Part shown: piece after piece, positions 49,604-64,000 of the stretch | Layout of the letters: each line of letters opens with the position of its first letter | Position numbering within the stretch: the first letter of the stretch is position 1 | From: Octopus sinensis | Taxonomy: Eukaryota | Reading direction: 5' to 3' | Length of the DNA: 64,000 nt | Assembly: GCF_006345805.1 (NCBI RefSeq) | Contig: NC_042998.1 | Location: 185,504,001-185,568,000 of the forward strand | Notes under the pieces: generated by a model | Told to the model about the DNA's origin: nothing | The model's input: the letters and a program-made list of their open reading frames with translations, nothing else | Databases searched by the model: none | Position numbers and translations under genes: made by a program

Positions 49604-50680
49604 CATCCCCTCTCTTATATACTTCTGCCCGATTGTCATGCTTTGCTCCAATGTTCATCTGACTAGATTGGAGCATCTGTTCTGTTGGATTTTGTGGAAG
49701 AGACTGATTTCATTGGACAAGCAGTTCATCTGCTACTGAAATATTGTCAGGTGGGTGATCACATTCTCCTACCAGTTGGGTAATATACTGGTGAAACTCA
49801 CACGTTTGTAATCTATAGAAGACTAGTGGTGGGAAAGGGAGATGGCCTCCTCAACAACTCTGGATGTCAACAAAAATCTAGGTGATTTGGGTTCAGAGAT
49901 TATGAATATCATCTAGAAATCCTCGATCTACCAGTTCTACTGAGGGAGAGGAGGCATTGGTTTGAAATAAATTTATAACACTTATAAGTTGTTATATATT
50001 GACATGTCACGCTCCAGCTGAGGCATAGAAGTATTGAAGATCAATCGTCAGGTGTTACCAAGTGTGTAATGGATTTGTTGAGAAGTCCATGACAGAAGAA
50101 AATAATAGTTGAAATGGCCTTTATTTTACTGTTACATTATAAAATACAACTGCTTCAAGTTGATGTTGTATTAAAAAAATTGAATTTCTGTAATCCATTT
50201 CAGAGGTAGATGTGTTCATTTATGTAACTGCTAGAAGATGAGTGGAAGAAGGAGAGAAAAAAGGTAATAGAATTTACCTTTCTGGGTTCAAGAGTTGAGA
50301 GGTTGAAAGTTGTATAGAATTTCATTGACATGTAAGAAGTGCTTCTGTCAGACGCTAGGCAAAAGCGTGATATGTTCTGTAGGCAAAGCACTGAGTGAAA
50401 AGAAAGAACTGAATTTGGGTTCTGTATTTATATTTCCCTACTTAAATTAGATCATGCGAAACAAAAAATTTTTTTGTCTGTTATCTGCTCTGAAGTGTAT
50501 TTAATCTACAATAGGAAACAATAGAACCTTTCTAAATATAAATGTTGACTCTCATAAATATCTTAGTGTAAATGTCGGGAACAATAGAAAGGGACTCATA
50601 GAAAATCTAGACTGGATTTCGAATTTTGGCTCAGAATGCAGGAAGTGATTTGCTTCCAAATCTACAAGTGTGGAAATACC

Positions 50681-51096
50681 TTATTTCTTTACTACCCACA
50701 AGGGGCTAAACACAGAGAGGATAAACAAGGACAGACAAACGGATTAAGTCGATTATATCGACCCCTGTGCGTAACTGGTACTTATTTAATCGACCCCGAA
50801 AGGATGAAAGGCAAAGTCGACCTCGGCGGAATTTGAACTCAGAACGTAGCGGCAGACGAAATACCTATTTCTTTACTACCCACAAGGGGCTAAACACAGA
50901 AGGGACAAACAAGGACAGACAAACGGATTAAGTCGATTATATCGACCCCTGTGCGTAACTGGTACTTATTTAATCGACGCCGAAAGGATGAAAGGCAAAG
51001 TCGACCTCGGCGGAATTTGAACTCAGAACGTAGCGGCAGACGAAATACTGCAAAGCATTTCGCCCGGCGTGCTAACGTTTCTGCCAGCTCGCCGCC
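50681..51096 (-). mobile_element. SINE family B, partial tandem
   Basis: Reverse complement of the 4357-4835 type; 16-bp duplication caagtgtggaaatacc at 50665 and 51099. Confidence 0.85.
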
Positions 51097-52809
51097 TTCA
51101 AGTGTGGAAATACCATCAGCTGGGTCTTGTCAAAGATGCGTGTAGAACAATGTATCCTTTCTGCATGCAGTCGTTCAGTGTCAGCATTGCTGACATGTAG
51201 AGTTTTGTTGCTTATAGGAGGAATCTCACTATTAGAGTACTTCGTTGTAAAGTTTGTCCTGTCATCTTCCCTTGACTAATAAGACAGATTGTTTCGCACT
51301 GGTGGAAGCAAATGAAAAGAATGACAAACGCTTTCCTCTTCAGCTAAACCCTGGTAGGAACAGAGTTCAAGTGGGAATTGAACCTGTACCAATTTCAGTG
51401 AAAGAGAAGATTTTTCTGATTGTCTAAGAGAGCACCTACACCATTCTGTACCATAACCAATCAATAACGTTTCATCGTGTGATTTATTTTTTTTAGCACT
51501 TCTGGCCAGGGTGTGGTTAGTCATGATTCTTCCCATCATTTGTTTTATGCTTTACTGGTGTAAGAAATATGAACGCACGTGGTCGCATTGTGTAGGGAAT
51601 ACGATCGCACGTGGTCATATTCTTAACGAATTATTATAAGCCATAAATACAATGCAGTACCCAAAAGAACATAGGTGAATTGACGACAAAGCCGTTCCAC
51701 TGTTTGAGAGATAGATAAGATTTTATTTACAATATTGCTTCACTGGCAAAGATGTCGTTTATGTGTGTTTCCCGCCTTTCTCCAGAGAATTCGAAAAAAA
51801 ATATTGTCAATTGGATCTTTTGACAGCTAACTTCGTAAATTCTTTCTCCCATCCAAGCCAAATGTCATTGCTCACCATATACCACATGCTTACACATACT
51901 TGTCGAACTTTGTATTTGGAAATGTTTTATGAACAAGACAGGTGTCTTCGTGCACAATACATTACGTTTTTACATAATTGATGAACATTGTATTTCAACA
52001 GTGTCAATACGAAGCCAGGTGTTTTCGCATACCATACGTCGTATGCTTTCACATTGTTATTGAACAGTAAAGAAGAAAAAGGCGAGGGAAAGAAAAATTG
52101 AATCACTACTTTTTCAGTAAAAGAAATAAACGTTGTCACGATGATTCTCGTGTCTTCCACACTATTCCTTCTTTATCTTTTTCTATGGGAATATTTTCAA
52201 AAGAAAAAAAATAACAGTCCGTTATTCATCTTTCTTGTTTAACAATTTTGATTAAAAAAACTAAAGTAAAAAAAAAGGCGGGGGTTCAGTCTATAGCTGA
52301 CAGAGATAATAGCTAACTATGTAACTTCTGTCACTGGACTGTTTGGATTACATGCATCGTAATATTATTGAGCAGAGATCTTTGTGGTTTTCGTCACTGT
52401 TTACAATTTTGTTCCAATTGTTTTCAAATTTGGTATATGGATTAAGTTTTGTATACTAATTATCAAAATGAAATTCAATTTTACTATAAAAGTTATTAGC
52501 CTATAAAATTTGCAAAATTTGGGTATTTTAGCCAATAAGAAGCGAGTATTTTAGACATCACCGTGGCGAAGAAGTCTGTTTCTATAATAACCAAAGCAAA
52601 GAAGCACCATATGTTCCATAGCTGATTGCAAAGAAGTTTGTTTCCATAGTAACCAAAGACGCTGCACATGCGTACAAGGGGTGTAACCACCACTTGTTCT
52701 ATACTTGTTTGTTTTCATAACAGGTGGAATTCACACTCAACAAATTGAAAGTACCTGGGCATGGTTGACTCATACTTGTGAATCTATGTGGAGAAGGAGA
52801 TACGAGAAA

Positions 52810-53040
52810 GATAATTTACTTTATAAAATCCTTTATTGCAAGCTTTCGTTCTTGAAAGCGCAGGAGTAGCTGTGTGGTAAGTAGCTGGCTTACCAACCAC
52901 AAGATTCTGGGTTCAGTCCCACTGCGTGGCACCTTGCTCAAGTGTCTTCTACTATAGCCTCGGGTCAACCAAAGCCTTGTGAGTAGATTTGGTAGGCGGA
53001 AACGAAAGAAGCCCGTCGTATACATATGTATGTATGTGCG

Positions 53041-53097
<57 letters not shown>

Positions 53098-54567
53098 ATG
53101 TATGTATGTATGTGTATATGTTTGTGTGTCTGTGTTTGTCTTCCCCAGCATCGCTTGACAACCGATACTGGTGTGTTTACGTGACCGTAACTTAATGGTT
53201 CGGCAAAAGAGACCGATAGAATAAGTACTAGGCTTATGCAGCAAGACACCTTTCAGACAAGTTTTTCGCGAATCTATGAACACCCTCCAGTGTCTGGGTT
53301 CATATTCGCGGCTAAGTGCTTCCATCAGACCATTAATATTATTGCAGGTCACTAAATCGCCTTCCATTACGAAGAAATTGTTGAACTGCTGCTGTCGGGT
53401 ACGAAATTTTGAAATTTTCACATCAGCTGCTAGGAGATTCCACTGTTGAAGACGAGTGCCTAGGAGCTCTGCCCTATTCTCAAGTAGTTGTAGATCCTTA
53501 ACAAGGTCATGGAGTTCTCCTTGTGTTGTGAGATGTGGTCTGGAGGAGTGTGTTTCATCAAAATTTGGGTTACTCTGTGTTACACATTCATATGTATGTG
53601 TTTGCGTATGCCAAACTACATCTCCACTCTTGGCACTATTTGTTAGTGAACAGTACAAACTGTGTGTAAAGTATATAATGTATTACTACGCTGAATGTCG
53701 TCGTCCGTGTAACATGTAAAGCAATAAACACGTAAACATAACAATGGTTTTCAATTGGTTGTCTTTCCCATTAGAACCCAAACTACACATAACACTCTGT
53801 AATCCAGCACTGCCATCCTTCTCAGCTTCCTCTTCACTACTTTCTACATCTAACTCGAAGGATACTGAAGTTGGTGCGTCAGGAACAGGAAGAACATCTC
53901 CATGTAGAACTGGGCGAATAGCTGATGGAATGCTTGGATATTCAATGGGCTCTTTGTTTCCTTCTTTGACAAGCCCTTTTGTACTGGGGTTACCATGCAG
54001 AAATATCAATTGTTGGTATAGTCTGTTGGCTCCGGCCACGTTATTGGCACAGCAAAAGGCATTCCTTTCCTCTTCCTGTTCAACCATTTGCAAAGGTTAG
54101 TAGCACAAGTGTTGCAGCATATGTGAAGAGCCCAGTTCTTATCCTGGTCACCAATCTTGCATCCAAAATATAGGTGATATGCCTTTCTAACCATAGCAGT
54201 TATACGGCGCTTCTGTGATGCAAAGGTTACCTTACCACAAATGAGCAGAAGTTTTCTGCCTTATTCACACAAGTATGAGGCAACTGAAAAAAAACCAAAA
54301 AACAACAACACACAATTAGAAGATAAACAGGAAATTTATTCTAAAAATGTATCATTATCATACAGAGCATGACTGAAGGGCATTGAGACTGTAATTGTGA
54401 TAAGAAACACACAGCCAGTAGCATGTTGGAACCTGTTATGATACGTAGGTGTATCTTGAAAAGCGGAGCAAACAAACAAATTTAACCATGATATTCATTA
54501 TCAGCGACCTAAAATTAGTTGGAAATTTCTACTTTAGTCTCGGAAGTATTTTTGTTGTTGATTAGTG
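52810..54567 (-). mobile_element. Decayed Chapaev3-like (CMC) DNA transposon, 5' half, with SINE C inserted at 52858-53235
   Basis: GDQDKNWALHICC..FAVPITWPEP, YPSIPSAIRPV, LTTQGELHDLVKDL..ELLGTRLQQWNLL, WRVFIDS; CAC terminus flanked by TTA. The family name is from memory. Confidence 0.7.
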
Positions 54568-55546
54568 TTATCTATAGATCTACATATATTTTCATATTTT
54601 ATATATTGACACATTAATAATCTGATTTAATTTTTACTTTATCTTTTATGTTTATTTTCGATTTAAATTCATCTGAACGATCTGCATCGGTTCAATTTGG
54701 TAGCTCACCTGTAGTGGAATCTTCCATCAAATATGGTTTGTTTTAGCATAGTCTCTCGTCCGGTCCTCTATTTAAACGTCTTGGCTTCATAGCATAAGCA
54801 GCGCCTGATGAGCGTGAAGCGGGCTGGATGTGATGTGCCATATCAATTCGATATGATGTAGTCTACCACTGAATGTAGCGTATAGACGTAACGCTTCAAG
54901 GTTCTCGCATCGGAGTACCAGTAAATATCGAAGAATCAACACCAAGAAGGAAGAAATATTATTTACATATGTTTATTCGTTTGCCCGACAGGTAGCAAAA
55001 GAGTCAGTAGCAATTCTAGTGACAGTGGCAACAAGGATGGCTCGCTGGTTGGTAGAAAAAAAGTGGTCTGTCAGTAGATAGTGAAAGAGTAAAGAATGCA
55101 CGGTGGTGACTAGAAGGAAGAAAGGATAAAGGTAGCATTGTCTTTCTTGCGGCTGAAAGCTTCTGTTCGTACGTCGAGTTAAGGGCGAAAAGAAGTGTTG
55201 CTCTTGGTCATGGCTGATGCAGAAGAGCGTGTTGCTCTTGGTCTCACTGACACAAAAGAGGAAGAAATAAGAAATTCTGTTGTATAGACTATGGTCAGTA
55301 ATGTAGGTCAAAGCATAAACAAAGGACTGACCTTTCCTTGATCAGCACAAGTCCTAGGGGGTCGAATGTTTCCTCATCGTTCATCTGGTGTGAGAGGAAT
55401 TCCCGCACGTTTTGAGAAGCAACAAGCCGGTGGATTTGGTTTCAAATCTCAGACAGGGTCAAGATAGATCCCTACAAACGTACTGGTCATGTATGTGAAA
55501 CTTTTAGCAGCACGTGTAATACATGCGGAGGGAAATGCATACATTA

Positions 55547-55588
<42 letters not shown>

Positions 55589-56214
55589 TGAGCTTCTTGC
55601 AGGCATAGCGTGGATTCGATCCGCGATAGCCAAATTTCACTTTACAGTTCAACAGCACTTTTCTCACGGTGAAACAATAGTTTTTCTGTGAGTGACAGCA
55701 GTTACATTTGCCAGATGCCTTCGCTACGCAGAATTGTTTTAGCCACTTGACCCTTCTAACCTCTTCTATTTCACCAAAAGCTAGAATAGAGATAACAGAC
55801 CGCCAACGAAATTCATTGTTCCAACTATATGTCTATCCTTCTGGCTGGTTTTGGATAGTTATAAAAACAAGAACTCCGAAAGCCAAAGTCAGTTAGTGAG
55901 AATCAAGTCTGGCTGAGTGACTGAACAAAACACCGTCTCGAAAGGAAAAGGCACAAAGGGACAACTTTGGTAACTTACCAACGAAGCAGTTGTTTCGTCC
56001 CACCACTCACACTTTCACCAATTCACTTTCTTTTCTCTGTAACATTACCATATCTCTCTATATATACTACTATGAGATCGTGTATACACATACCGGCCGA
56101 AATTAACTCTTTTTACTTCGCATGCTTTTCCATTTACTAGTTATACATACCAACCCGCCAAGGTTTTAGATATATACGAAGTAACGGTAAATAAATATCT
56201 CTTTGCAACTTCAA

Positions 56215-56595
56215 TCACTGTTCTTCCATCTTGCATCGAGTGTCCGGAAGAGGTAGTGCTGCCCTGAGTCAAAAGGGTGGCTGCTGGAAGACCCTATTCC
56301 TGGCAACAGGACTCCGACCATGCCACACAAGCAGGAGAACTCAGTCATGGCCGTCAGACAATTTCTGCGACCACATCCCCCCCTTAAGATCTGGTCACTT
56401 AACTCCTCGGACTGCACCCCACTTGATTATTATGTGTGGGGCGCAGTTGAGCGAGAGATTAACAAAACTCCTAGTAATACCAAAAATGAACTGAAGGCAA
56501 GGATTATGGGAGGAGACGGTCTGGAAGAGTTGCAGGAGATTCCAAAGTCGTCTGGAGGCCGTGGTGGAAGCCAATGGCGATTTTATTGAATAAAT
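56215..56595 (+). mobile_element. maT/mariner-like transposase 3' fragment
   Basis: WQQDS, IWSLNSSDCTPLDYYVWGAVERE..NTKNELKARI. Confidence 0.75.
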
Positions 56596-56597
56596 TT

Positions 56598-57016
56598 ACT
56601 CTCTTTACTCTTTTACTCTTTTACTTGTTTCAGGCATTTGACTACGGCCATGCTGGAGCACCGCCTTTAGTCGAGCAAATCGACACCGGGACTTATTCTT
56701 TGTAAGCCCAGTACTTATTCTATCGGCCTCTTTTGCCGAACCGCTAAGTGACGGGGACGTAAACACACCAGCATCGGTTGTCAAGCAATGCTAGGGGGAG
56801 AAACACACACACACACACATATATACATATATATACATATATATACATATATACAACAGGCTTCTTTCAGTTTCCGTCTACCAAATCCACTCACAAGGCA
56901 TTGGTCGGCCCGGGGCTCTAGCAGAAGACACTTGCCCAAGATGCCACACAGTGGGACTGAACCCGGAACCATGTGGTTGGTAAGCAAGCTACTTACCACA
57001 CAGCCACTCCTGCGCC
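56598..57016 (-). mobile_element. SINE family C
   Basis: Full copy; further partial copies at about 57297-57420, 57737-57872, 58660-58888 and 59853-60008. Confidence 0.9.
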
Positions 57017-57432
57017 TTAGTATTTCAGCCACTCCTACTCTTTAGTATTTCAAGATATTTTTATGTAATTTTGGTAAATATATCCGTTAAAATGAGAAGT
57101 CAATATGTATGTATGTGTACGTGTGCGTGTGTGTGTGTGTGTGTAGGTCATAACACCCGTTGCCCGGGTATTATGACTTACAGCCACATTGTATTATTTG
57201 TTCTTTTCTTATGGACATATCGGCACGGTGGAGTATAAAGCAAACAACTCTTCTGTACAAACGTGTTTTTCGGTCATTTTCTGATGAACAGCGCTGCAGT
57301 TTCCGTCTACCAAATTCGGTTACAAGCGCTATAGTAGAAAATACTTGCCCAAGGTACCATGCAGCGGGACTGAACGTGGAACCATGTGGTTGGGAAGCAA
57401 ACTTCTCAACAACACAGTCATTGTTGCACCTA

Positions 57433-57466
<34 letters not shown>

Positions 57467-58139
57467 ACATTTGTTGTTAAATCGAGTATTGATAAAGATT
57501 GTTCAGGCGGAGTTGCCTCCCTTAGCTAAAGACCTCAAAATTGTGTGACTCGACCTTGTTTTCAAAGTTATTTTTGTAGTAATTGTTGGGATTGCCATTT
57601 GGCTGTTTTTCCTTCGCCCAAATTTAATGAAGAGCCAAAAGTTTCAGCAGCCGGTTACCTAACCCAGTAACATTTGTATTTGAACCTAGTGCGAAGCTAC
57701 AAAGTAGTAATGTAATATATATTTACTATTTACTATAGGCGTAGGAGTGGCTGTGTGGTAAGTAGCTTGCTTACCAACCACATGATTCCGGCAAGTGTCT
57801 TCTACTATAGCCTCGGGCCGACCAAAACCTTGTAAGTGGATTTGGTAGACGGAACGTGAAAGTAGCCTGTCGTATATATGTATACATATATATATATATA
57901 TATATTTATTTATTATATAGAAGGAGCTTCTACAGGACTAGAACTGTTTCATTCAAGAGAAATCTTCAGGAAGCTAGTTAACAAGAATTGTATTGGCATT
58001 AACATTTAGGCAGGTTTAAAGGGGTGTTGGTGGGGGACTTTTTGGGGGGTAGGCTAGCGCAAAAAAATCAACTTGGGGGAGTGGTCAAGGAGTCAGTGTT
58101 AAATTAGATAGGAGAATAAAAAAATAAAAAATTAAAAAT

Positions 58140-58171
<32 letters not shown>

Positions 58172-58602
58172 TAAAAATAAAAAATAAAAAATAAAAAATA
58201 AAAAATTAAAAAAAATATAAAAAAAAAAAAATAATAAAACATATATATATATGTATATATATATAAAAAAAGGGGGGAATAGAGTTTTAGGTAAATAAGG
58301 AGATTCTCACTTATACCTTACACATACATATATACACTCACACATACATATACATATCTACACATACCACATATATATGTATACATACACACACTCACTG
58401 CATACACGTATACACACATGTATATATTACACCACACGACCACACATACATAACACACAGAAAAGAAAAATAGATATATACACATACACACAATATACTC
58501 ACATACACGCATACAACCAAATCCATACACACACATGCACACACAGCACACTAGTCCCTAATATATAATATATATATATATATCTATATATATATTATAT
58601 AT

Positions 58603-58663
<61 letters not shown>

Positions 58664-59723
58664 GTAGTGTGTGTTGTATATATGTTTGTGTGTCTGTGTT
58701 TGTCCCCCAACATCGCTTGACAACCGATGCTGGTGTGTTTACGTCCCCGTAACTTAGCGGTTCGGCAGAAGAGACCGATAGAATAAGTACTAGGCTTACA
58801 AAGAATAAGTCCTGGGGTCGATTTGGTCGACAAAAGGCGGTGCTCCAGCATGGCCTCAGTCAAATGACTGAAACAAGTAAAAGAGTATGAAATCTTTTGT
58901 ATAATCTGGCAGCCATCCAGTCTTTTCACCTTGCACTTAAAACTTTTAAAACTGATTAGTTCTATTTTCACCTTCAATAAGATCTACAATCCTAAAAGTC
59001 AGCAATTCTTAATTAATGACGATTACTAATTATACGTTTTTAGGTAAAGTATATTGTAATTTAGCAAAAGAAAACTATTTTTACCTGTAAAGAAAAAAAT
59101 AACAAACAGCGATCAAACTTCGTCGTTTAGGCGCTTAAATGTTGAGTGTCTCCAATTTGTGACTGGAGTTTTGAATTCGAACGTAAGAGAAAACAGTTTG
59201 GTGACATTCATATTTGTGTCTAGTTAACCATTATTAAAAACTAGTATACCTGAGTCGTTAAGAATGCCGACAGTTTTATTAAGGTTAGAAGATGGCCCAT
59301 CAAAACAATAGGAAAAATCATTAATAAATGTCAGCAATCGAGTAAATAAATGTACATAAATAGAACTGAAGCACTTGAATGATCAGACACAACAGGAACG
59401 TTTCGGTTGACAATATCGCCCACATAATGTATGTATGTGCATGTACACACAAACGCACACACACGTACTTATAAATACATACATACATACATACATACAT
59501 ACACATACATACATACATACATACATACATACATACATACATACATACATACATACATACGGCAGTCTTCTTTCAGTCTATTCAAGACTTTGCTCAGGCA
59601 GACGATATAGTAGATTGTTCGTGTGCGTGTGTGACTGTGTACATACATATATACATACATACATACACACACATGTATATATATATACACATACATACTT
59701 ATATACATACATACATCATACAT

Positions 59724-59831
<108 letters not shown>

Positions 59832-60099
59832 ATTTGTGGTGTGTATGAGCACAGGCGTGGCTGTGTGGTAAGACGCTTGCTTCTCAATCACATGGTTCCG
59901 AGTTCAGTCCTACTGCGTGGCATATTGGGCAGGTGTCTTCTACTAAAATATCAGGCCGACCAAAGCCTTGTGAGTGGATTTGGTAGATGGAAACTGAAAG
60001 AAGCCCATTGTACATATATAATGATTGCTTCATCATGACATATGATAGCCGTCCCATCAACATACACATCCCATCCCATCACACAGTACAATCCATCTG

Positions 60100-61905
60100 T
60101 TGATGAACCTTAAAGATGACTTTTAAGACCAGCTGCTGACTGACAGGTAACAGATATTATTCAAATTTCTCCTACATCTTTGCCCTTTGGAATCTGATGC
60201 TGAAGGAATGTTTTTGTGGACTAGCATATGTCTTTTAAGTCCAGATATTGTCTTACAAGTTTTGTGACATATGACACAAATTGTAAGAGGCGGTTGGGAT
60301 TCAAGATTATTACCCACCTGGGCATTTCGATTTCCAAGTGACTTCATATGCTTCACGCATCCTGCTTTTGACGACTGAATAGGATCACACACAATGTATA
60401 TCCGATATTCCCTGTTGATTTCTGTTCCAATTGTTTCTTTCCGACAGACCCTTTTTAGCTCAGAGCTCTGAATCATCTTTTCTTCCCAGGCGTTGCAACC
60501 AGTCCTAGCAGCATCTCTCGACTTGTTCCGATCCAGAGCATTAGTTTCCCAATCACTTTTGTTCATATCTAGTTTCTTCAAGTTTTCCTTCACACAGTCT
60601 TTGTACATTTTCCTCGGTTTATGTTGTGGTCACTTACCAGAGGTGAGCTCACCTATAAAAGACGCTTTAGCAATCGCTCATCTTTCATTCTAATAACATG
60701 TCCAGCCGTCTCATTTGAGCCAAGATGACATTTTGTTCAATTGAGTTACAACGTGCCATTCGCAAAACTTCTGTATCTGGTATGAAACATTCCAACTTGA
60801 CTCCCAAGATACGTCTGAAGCACTTTTGATGAAATTTCTCCGGCATTTCCATATGGCACCTATAAGTGGTCTATGTTTCACTTGAATAAAAAAAAAGTGC
60901 AGTCAATACACACGTTTTATACATACTGACTTTTGTCTGCAAGAAAAAGACCTCTATCCACCCATACTCGCTTTTCAAGTTTTCTACATGCAACAATTCC
61001 CTTCCTTATTCGATAGTATATCTCTACATCAAGACCACCATCTCTTGACAGTGTACTTTCAAGGTAAACAAAAGTATCAATGACTTCTAACCTTGTTCCA
61101 TTCATAAAAATGTTTGGTTCAGAATATGTTTGTCCTGGCGCGGAAGTAAACATTACTTTGGTTTTCCTAAGAATAACTGTGAGTCCAAAATGATTCCGAT
61201 TCCTCTGTTGCAATCCTTAAAAACGTAGCAAAGCAATGCAGCAATGTAAATAGAAAAAAGTGTAGGGACAGGATATCTCCCTGTTTGACACCGTTGTCCA
61301 CCGAAAATTCGTGAGACAGCTCACTATTAAAAACTACCCGAGCTTTCATGTTTGAGTATAGTTCCTTAAAGATGCTCACAAAGTGTATTGGGCAACCAAG
61401 TTTACACAAAACAATCCACAGCGCCTCCCTGTTTACCGTGTCAAATGCCTTAGTTAAATCTATGAAGACCTGGTATAAGTAGCATTTGTTCCTCCTCTAA
61501 GCATTTCTCCTGAACCTGCCTCACAGAAAATATCATGCCTATTGTTCCTCGCCCGGGTCTCAAAGCACACTGTTTTTCAGGAATCACATATGGACACACA
61601 TTTTCAACGAGACTATCTAACCCGTTCCTTAAAAGTATCTTACCGGTATGTGCCAGGAGAGTTATCCGTCTAGAATTACCACGCACTGATTTTGGATTCT
61701 TACCCTTATATACTTATCTATTCCTGTGGCACTGAAGATTTGTTCCAAATACGAGTTATCCGGCTATGAATTTCAAATGAAATATGATCTCCACCTGTTT
61801 TCAGAATTTCGACAAGAATACTGTCCAATCCAGGGGCTTTACTCGATTGCAGTTGATATAATGCCAGATTTACTTCTTCAATGGAAAGTGTATCGATCAT
61901 GTGTT
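60100..61905 (-). mobile_element. Decayed RTE LINE with C-terminal C2H2 fingers
   Basis: SSKAPGLD, ITLLAHTGKIL, GTIGMIFSVRQVQEKC, GVKQGDIL, FVYLESTLS, CVICHKTCKTISGLKRHMLVH. Confidence 0.88.
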
Positions 61906-61924
61906 GCACTATCTCCTCCTAAGA

Positions 61925-62005
61925 TGAAAAAGTTGAAAAGACTGAAACCGGTACTAAAATGTTCATGATAAAATTATTTTAGCATTTTCTACTTTGTCTT
62001 ATTTT
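61925..62005 (+). mobile_element. Short solo copy of the Penelope pseudo-LTR 3' end
   Basis: agttgaaaag..gaaaccggtact.aaatgttca..ataaaattattttagcattttcta matches 27270-27345; stem II is deleted. Confidence 0.75.
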
Positions 62006-62020
62006 CCGGCTTTATATGCG

Positions 62021-62178
62021 CGAGAGTGGCTGTGTGGTAAGTAGTTTGCTTACCAGCCACATGGTTCCGGGTTCAGTCCCAGTGCGTGGCACCTGGGGCA
62101 AGTGTCTTTTACAATAGCTTCGGGCCGACCAAAGCCCTGTGAGTGGATTTGGTAGACGAAAACTGAAAGATGCCTGTC

Positions 62179-62268
<90 letters not shown>

Positions 62269-62447
62269 TTTTGTGTGTCTGTGTTTGTCTTCCCCAACAT
62301 TGCTTGACAACCGATGCTGGTGTGTTTACGTCCCCGTAAACTAGCGGTTCGGTAAAAGAGACCGATAAAATAAATACTAGGGTCGGTCTGTTCGACTAAA
62401 GGCGGTGCTCCAGCATGGCTGCAGTCAAATAACTGAACCAAATAAAA
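62021..62447 (+). mobile_element. SINE family C
   Basis: Head, (TA)n(TG)n, tail. Confidence 0.9.
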
Positions 62448-62485
<38 letters not shown>

Positions 62486-63099
62486 GCGTATAATAGGGAT
62501 GACCACTAAGTGGACATCCAATATGCTAGAAGAAGATCACCTACGATCTAACCACAAAGAAAAGAATGTTCTCTAAAGAAATTCAGCGAACACCAGAACA
62601 TAAGCGATTAAGACAGATGAAAATATACAAAATAAAGAATTAATCGTAGACCGATTTCACCATCAACGCATTTATTTATGTAATCTTCGTCCGTGGACTC
62701 TTCAGTACGATCGTTCCAATTCAATATAATTTGTAGAACTATACACTAGTTGTCCTTATAAAATTAGATGTGTGTATAGTTCTACCGATTACATTGGGGT
62801 TACTTTCAAATGTCTAAATTCTGACGCGCTAAATCCCGGAAGTTTTGTTACCTTCGCTTCACATAAAACTGGGTTTGGTAAAAACGTTTCTGAAGGCCTT
62901 AGATCATGGTGGTGAACCCTTCCAAGAAATTCGTTTAGTCTTTCCAAAGCTAATTGCAGCAAAGGTTAAGGGTTAAATTTAGTAGACCGCAAATAAGGAC
63001 AATGTCAGAGAAATTTGAAAATGCAATGAGTGATGTCGATACAAGGCATTATGTGCATATCGTGGCATAGTTCATGGTTTCCTTGATAATAACAAAGAT

Positions 63100-63340
63100 C
63101 CCAACTACAAGCATTGGTGGCAAAGCTTATTGAGAGTTTTAAGAATCTAGGAAGTCGAATGTCCTTAAAGATGTACTTTCTGCATTCACATTTAGACGTC
63201 TTTACTGAAAACTTAGGTCATGTCAGTAAGGAGCATGGTGAGCGATCCCATCAGGACAATACTGCAATGGGGAAGAGATACCAAGAAAGATGGGACACTG
63301 CCATGATGGGAGATATTGTATAGTCGCTTACCCGTAAAGA
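63100..63340 (+). mobile_element. Chapaev3-like transposase C-terminal fragment
   Basis: MSLKMYFLHSHLDVFTENLGHVSKEHGERSHQD..RYQERWD..MMGD; a related CAC terminus follows TTA at 63552. Confidence 0.7.
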
Positions 63341-64000
63341 TAAAAGAGCTCACAGTAGGAAAACATGATCTTTACTGTATATCTGGTGTAATCTTATCAT
63401 ACGCCTTCTTATATTTTCTGTTTTGCTTAAAGTGAAATGCAATAAAAGATTACAAAAATACTACTTGATTGATATTGTCGCACAATATAAAGCACTACCG
63501 CAACAAAGTATTTTTTTCTGCAATATGAAACCATGATTATTTCTTAAATTACACTGGTCAACACGATTTTAGGTGCCAAGAAACAAAACGTTTTTTTAGC
63601 TAATTTGATGGTGCTGATTCCGAAAATGGCCTTAGTTTTTCATGGTTAGCTACCGTTTTTGCTGTATTGAAATTGCACATTTTTGGTAAAAAGGACCAAT
63701 TTATGATCTTGGCTGATCGCAAAATTTAGTTTAAAAAGGTAGTAGAAACCCATGACTTTTCAGGTAGGCCGAGCAATTTGTATCAGCCACTGTGAAGAAA
63801 GCTATTTTTATAAGAAAAAAAGTGTTTTTGAGTCAAAACTTTTAAAATAGAAGTACCGAATTTTACCAATTTATTGCCAAAATTCAGATTAACTGATAAA
63901 CTTTATCAGTAACACACTTTAGTAAACCTGATAATTAAGGTGACATCAAAAAAATGAAACCCTAAAATCTTCTGTTTAATATGCATAAATTTATCCCATC

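Noticed and set aside
48200-50400. Possible Gypsy gag or integrase remnant on the minus strand
   Set aside because: Only faint motif resemblance; too decayed to support without a profile search.
52816-53658. 280-aa ORF as a novel fusion protein
   Set aside because: It is a transposase fragment read through into an inserted SINE and its microsatellite.
54805-54830. CTGATGAGCGTGAAGC as a hammerhead
   Set aside because: No downstream GAAA, stem III or NUH site.

Overview
AT-rich eukaryotic genomic DNA with long introns and many repeats. The SINE and LINE families point to a coleoid cephalopod, probably Octopus; this is inferred from the repeat content. Only one host coding segment is clear: the first coding exon of a GH20 beta-hexosaminidase (minus strand, 11837-12197), whose later exons I could not find here. 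A possible upstream exon lies at 29067-29169. The rest is mobile DNA: tRNA-derived SINEs, RTE, CR1 and Dong/R4 LINEs, a Gypsy pol remnant, hAT, mariner, maT, Chapaev3-like and Helitron pieces, and Penelope-like elements (PLE). The most striking signal is a set of about 15 type I hammerhead-ribozyme (HHR) motifs from several unrelated small elements. Many sit in head-to-head inverted pairs. They include a 3.4-kb Penelope palindrome whose HHR has a compensatory U3-A8 core pair, and a cassette joining a tRNA-like Pol III promoter to an HHR. All structures were read by eye; nothing was folded, aligned or searched computationally.
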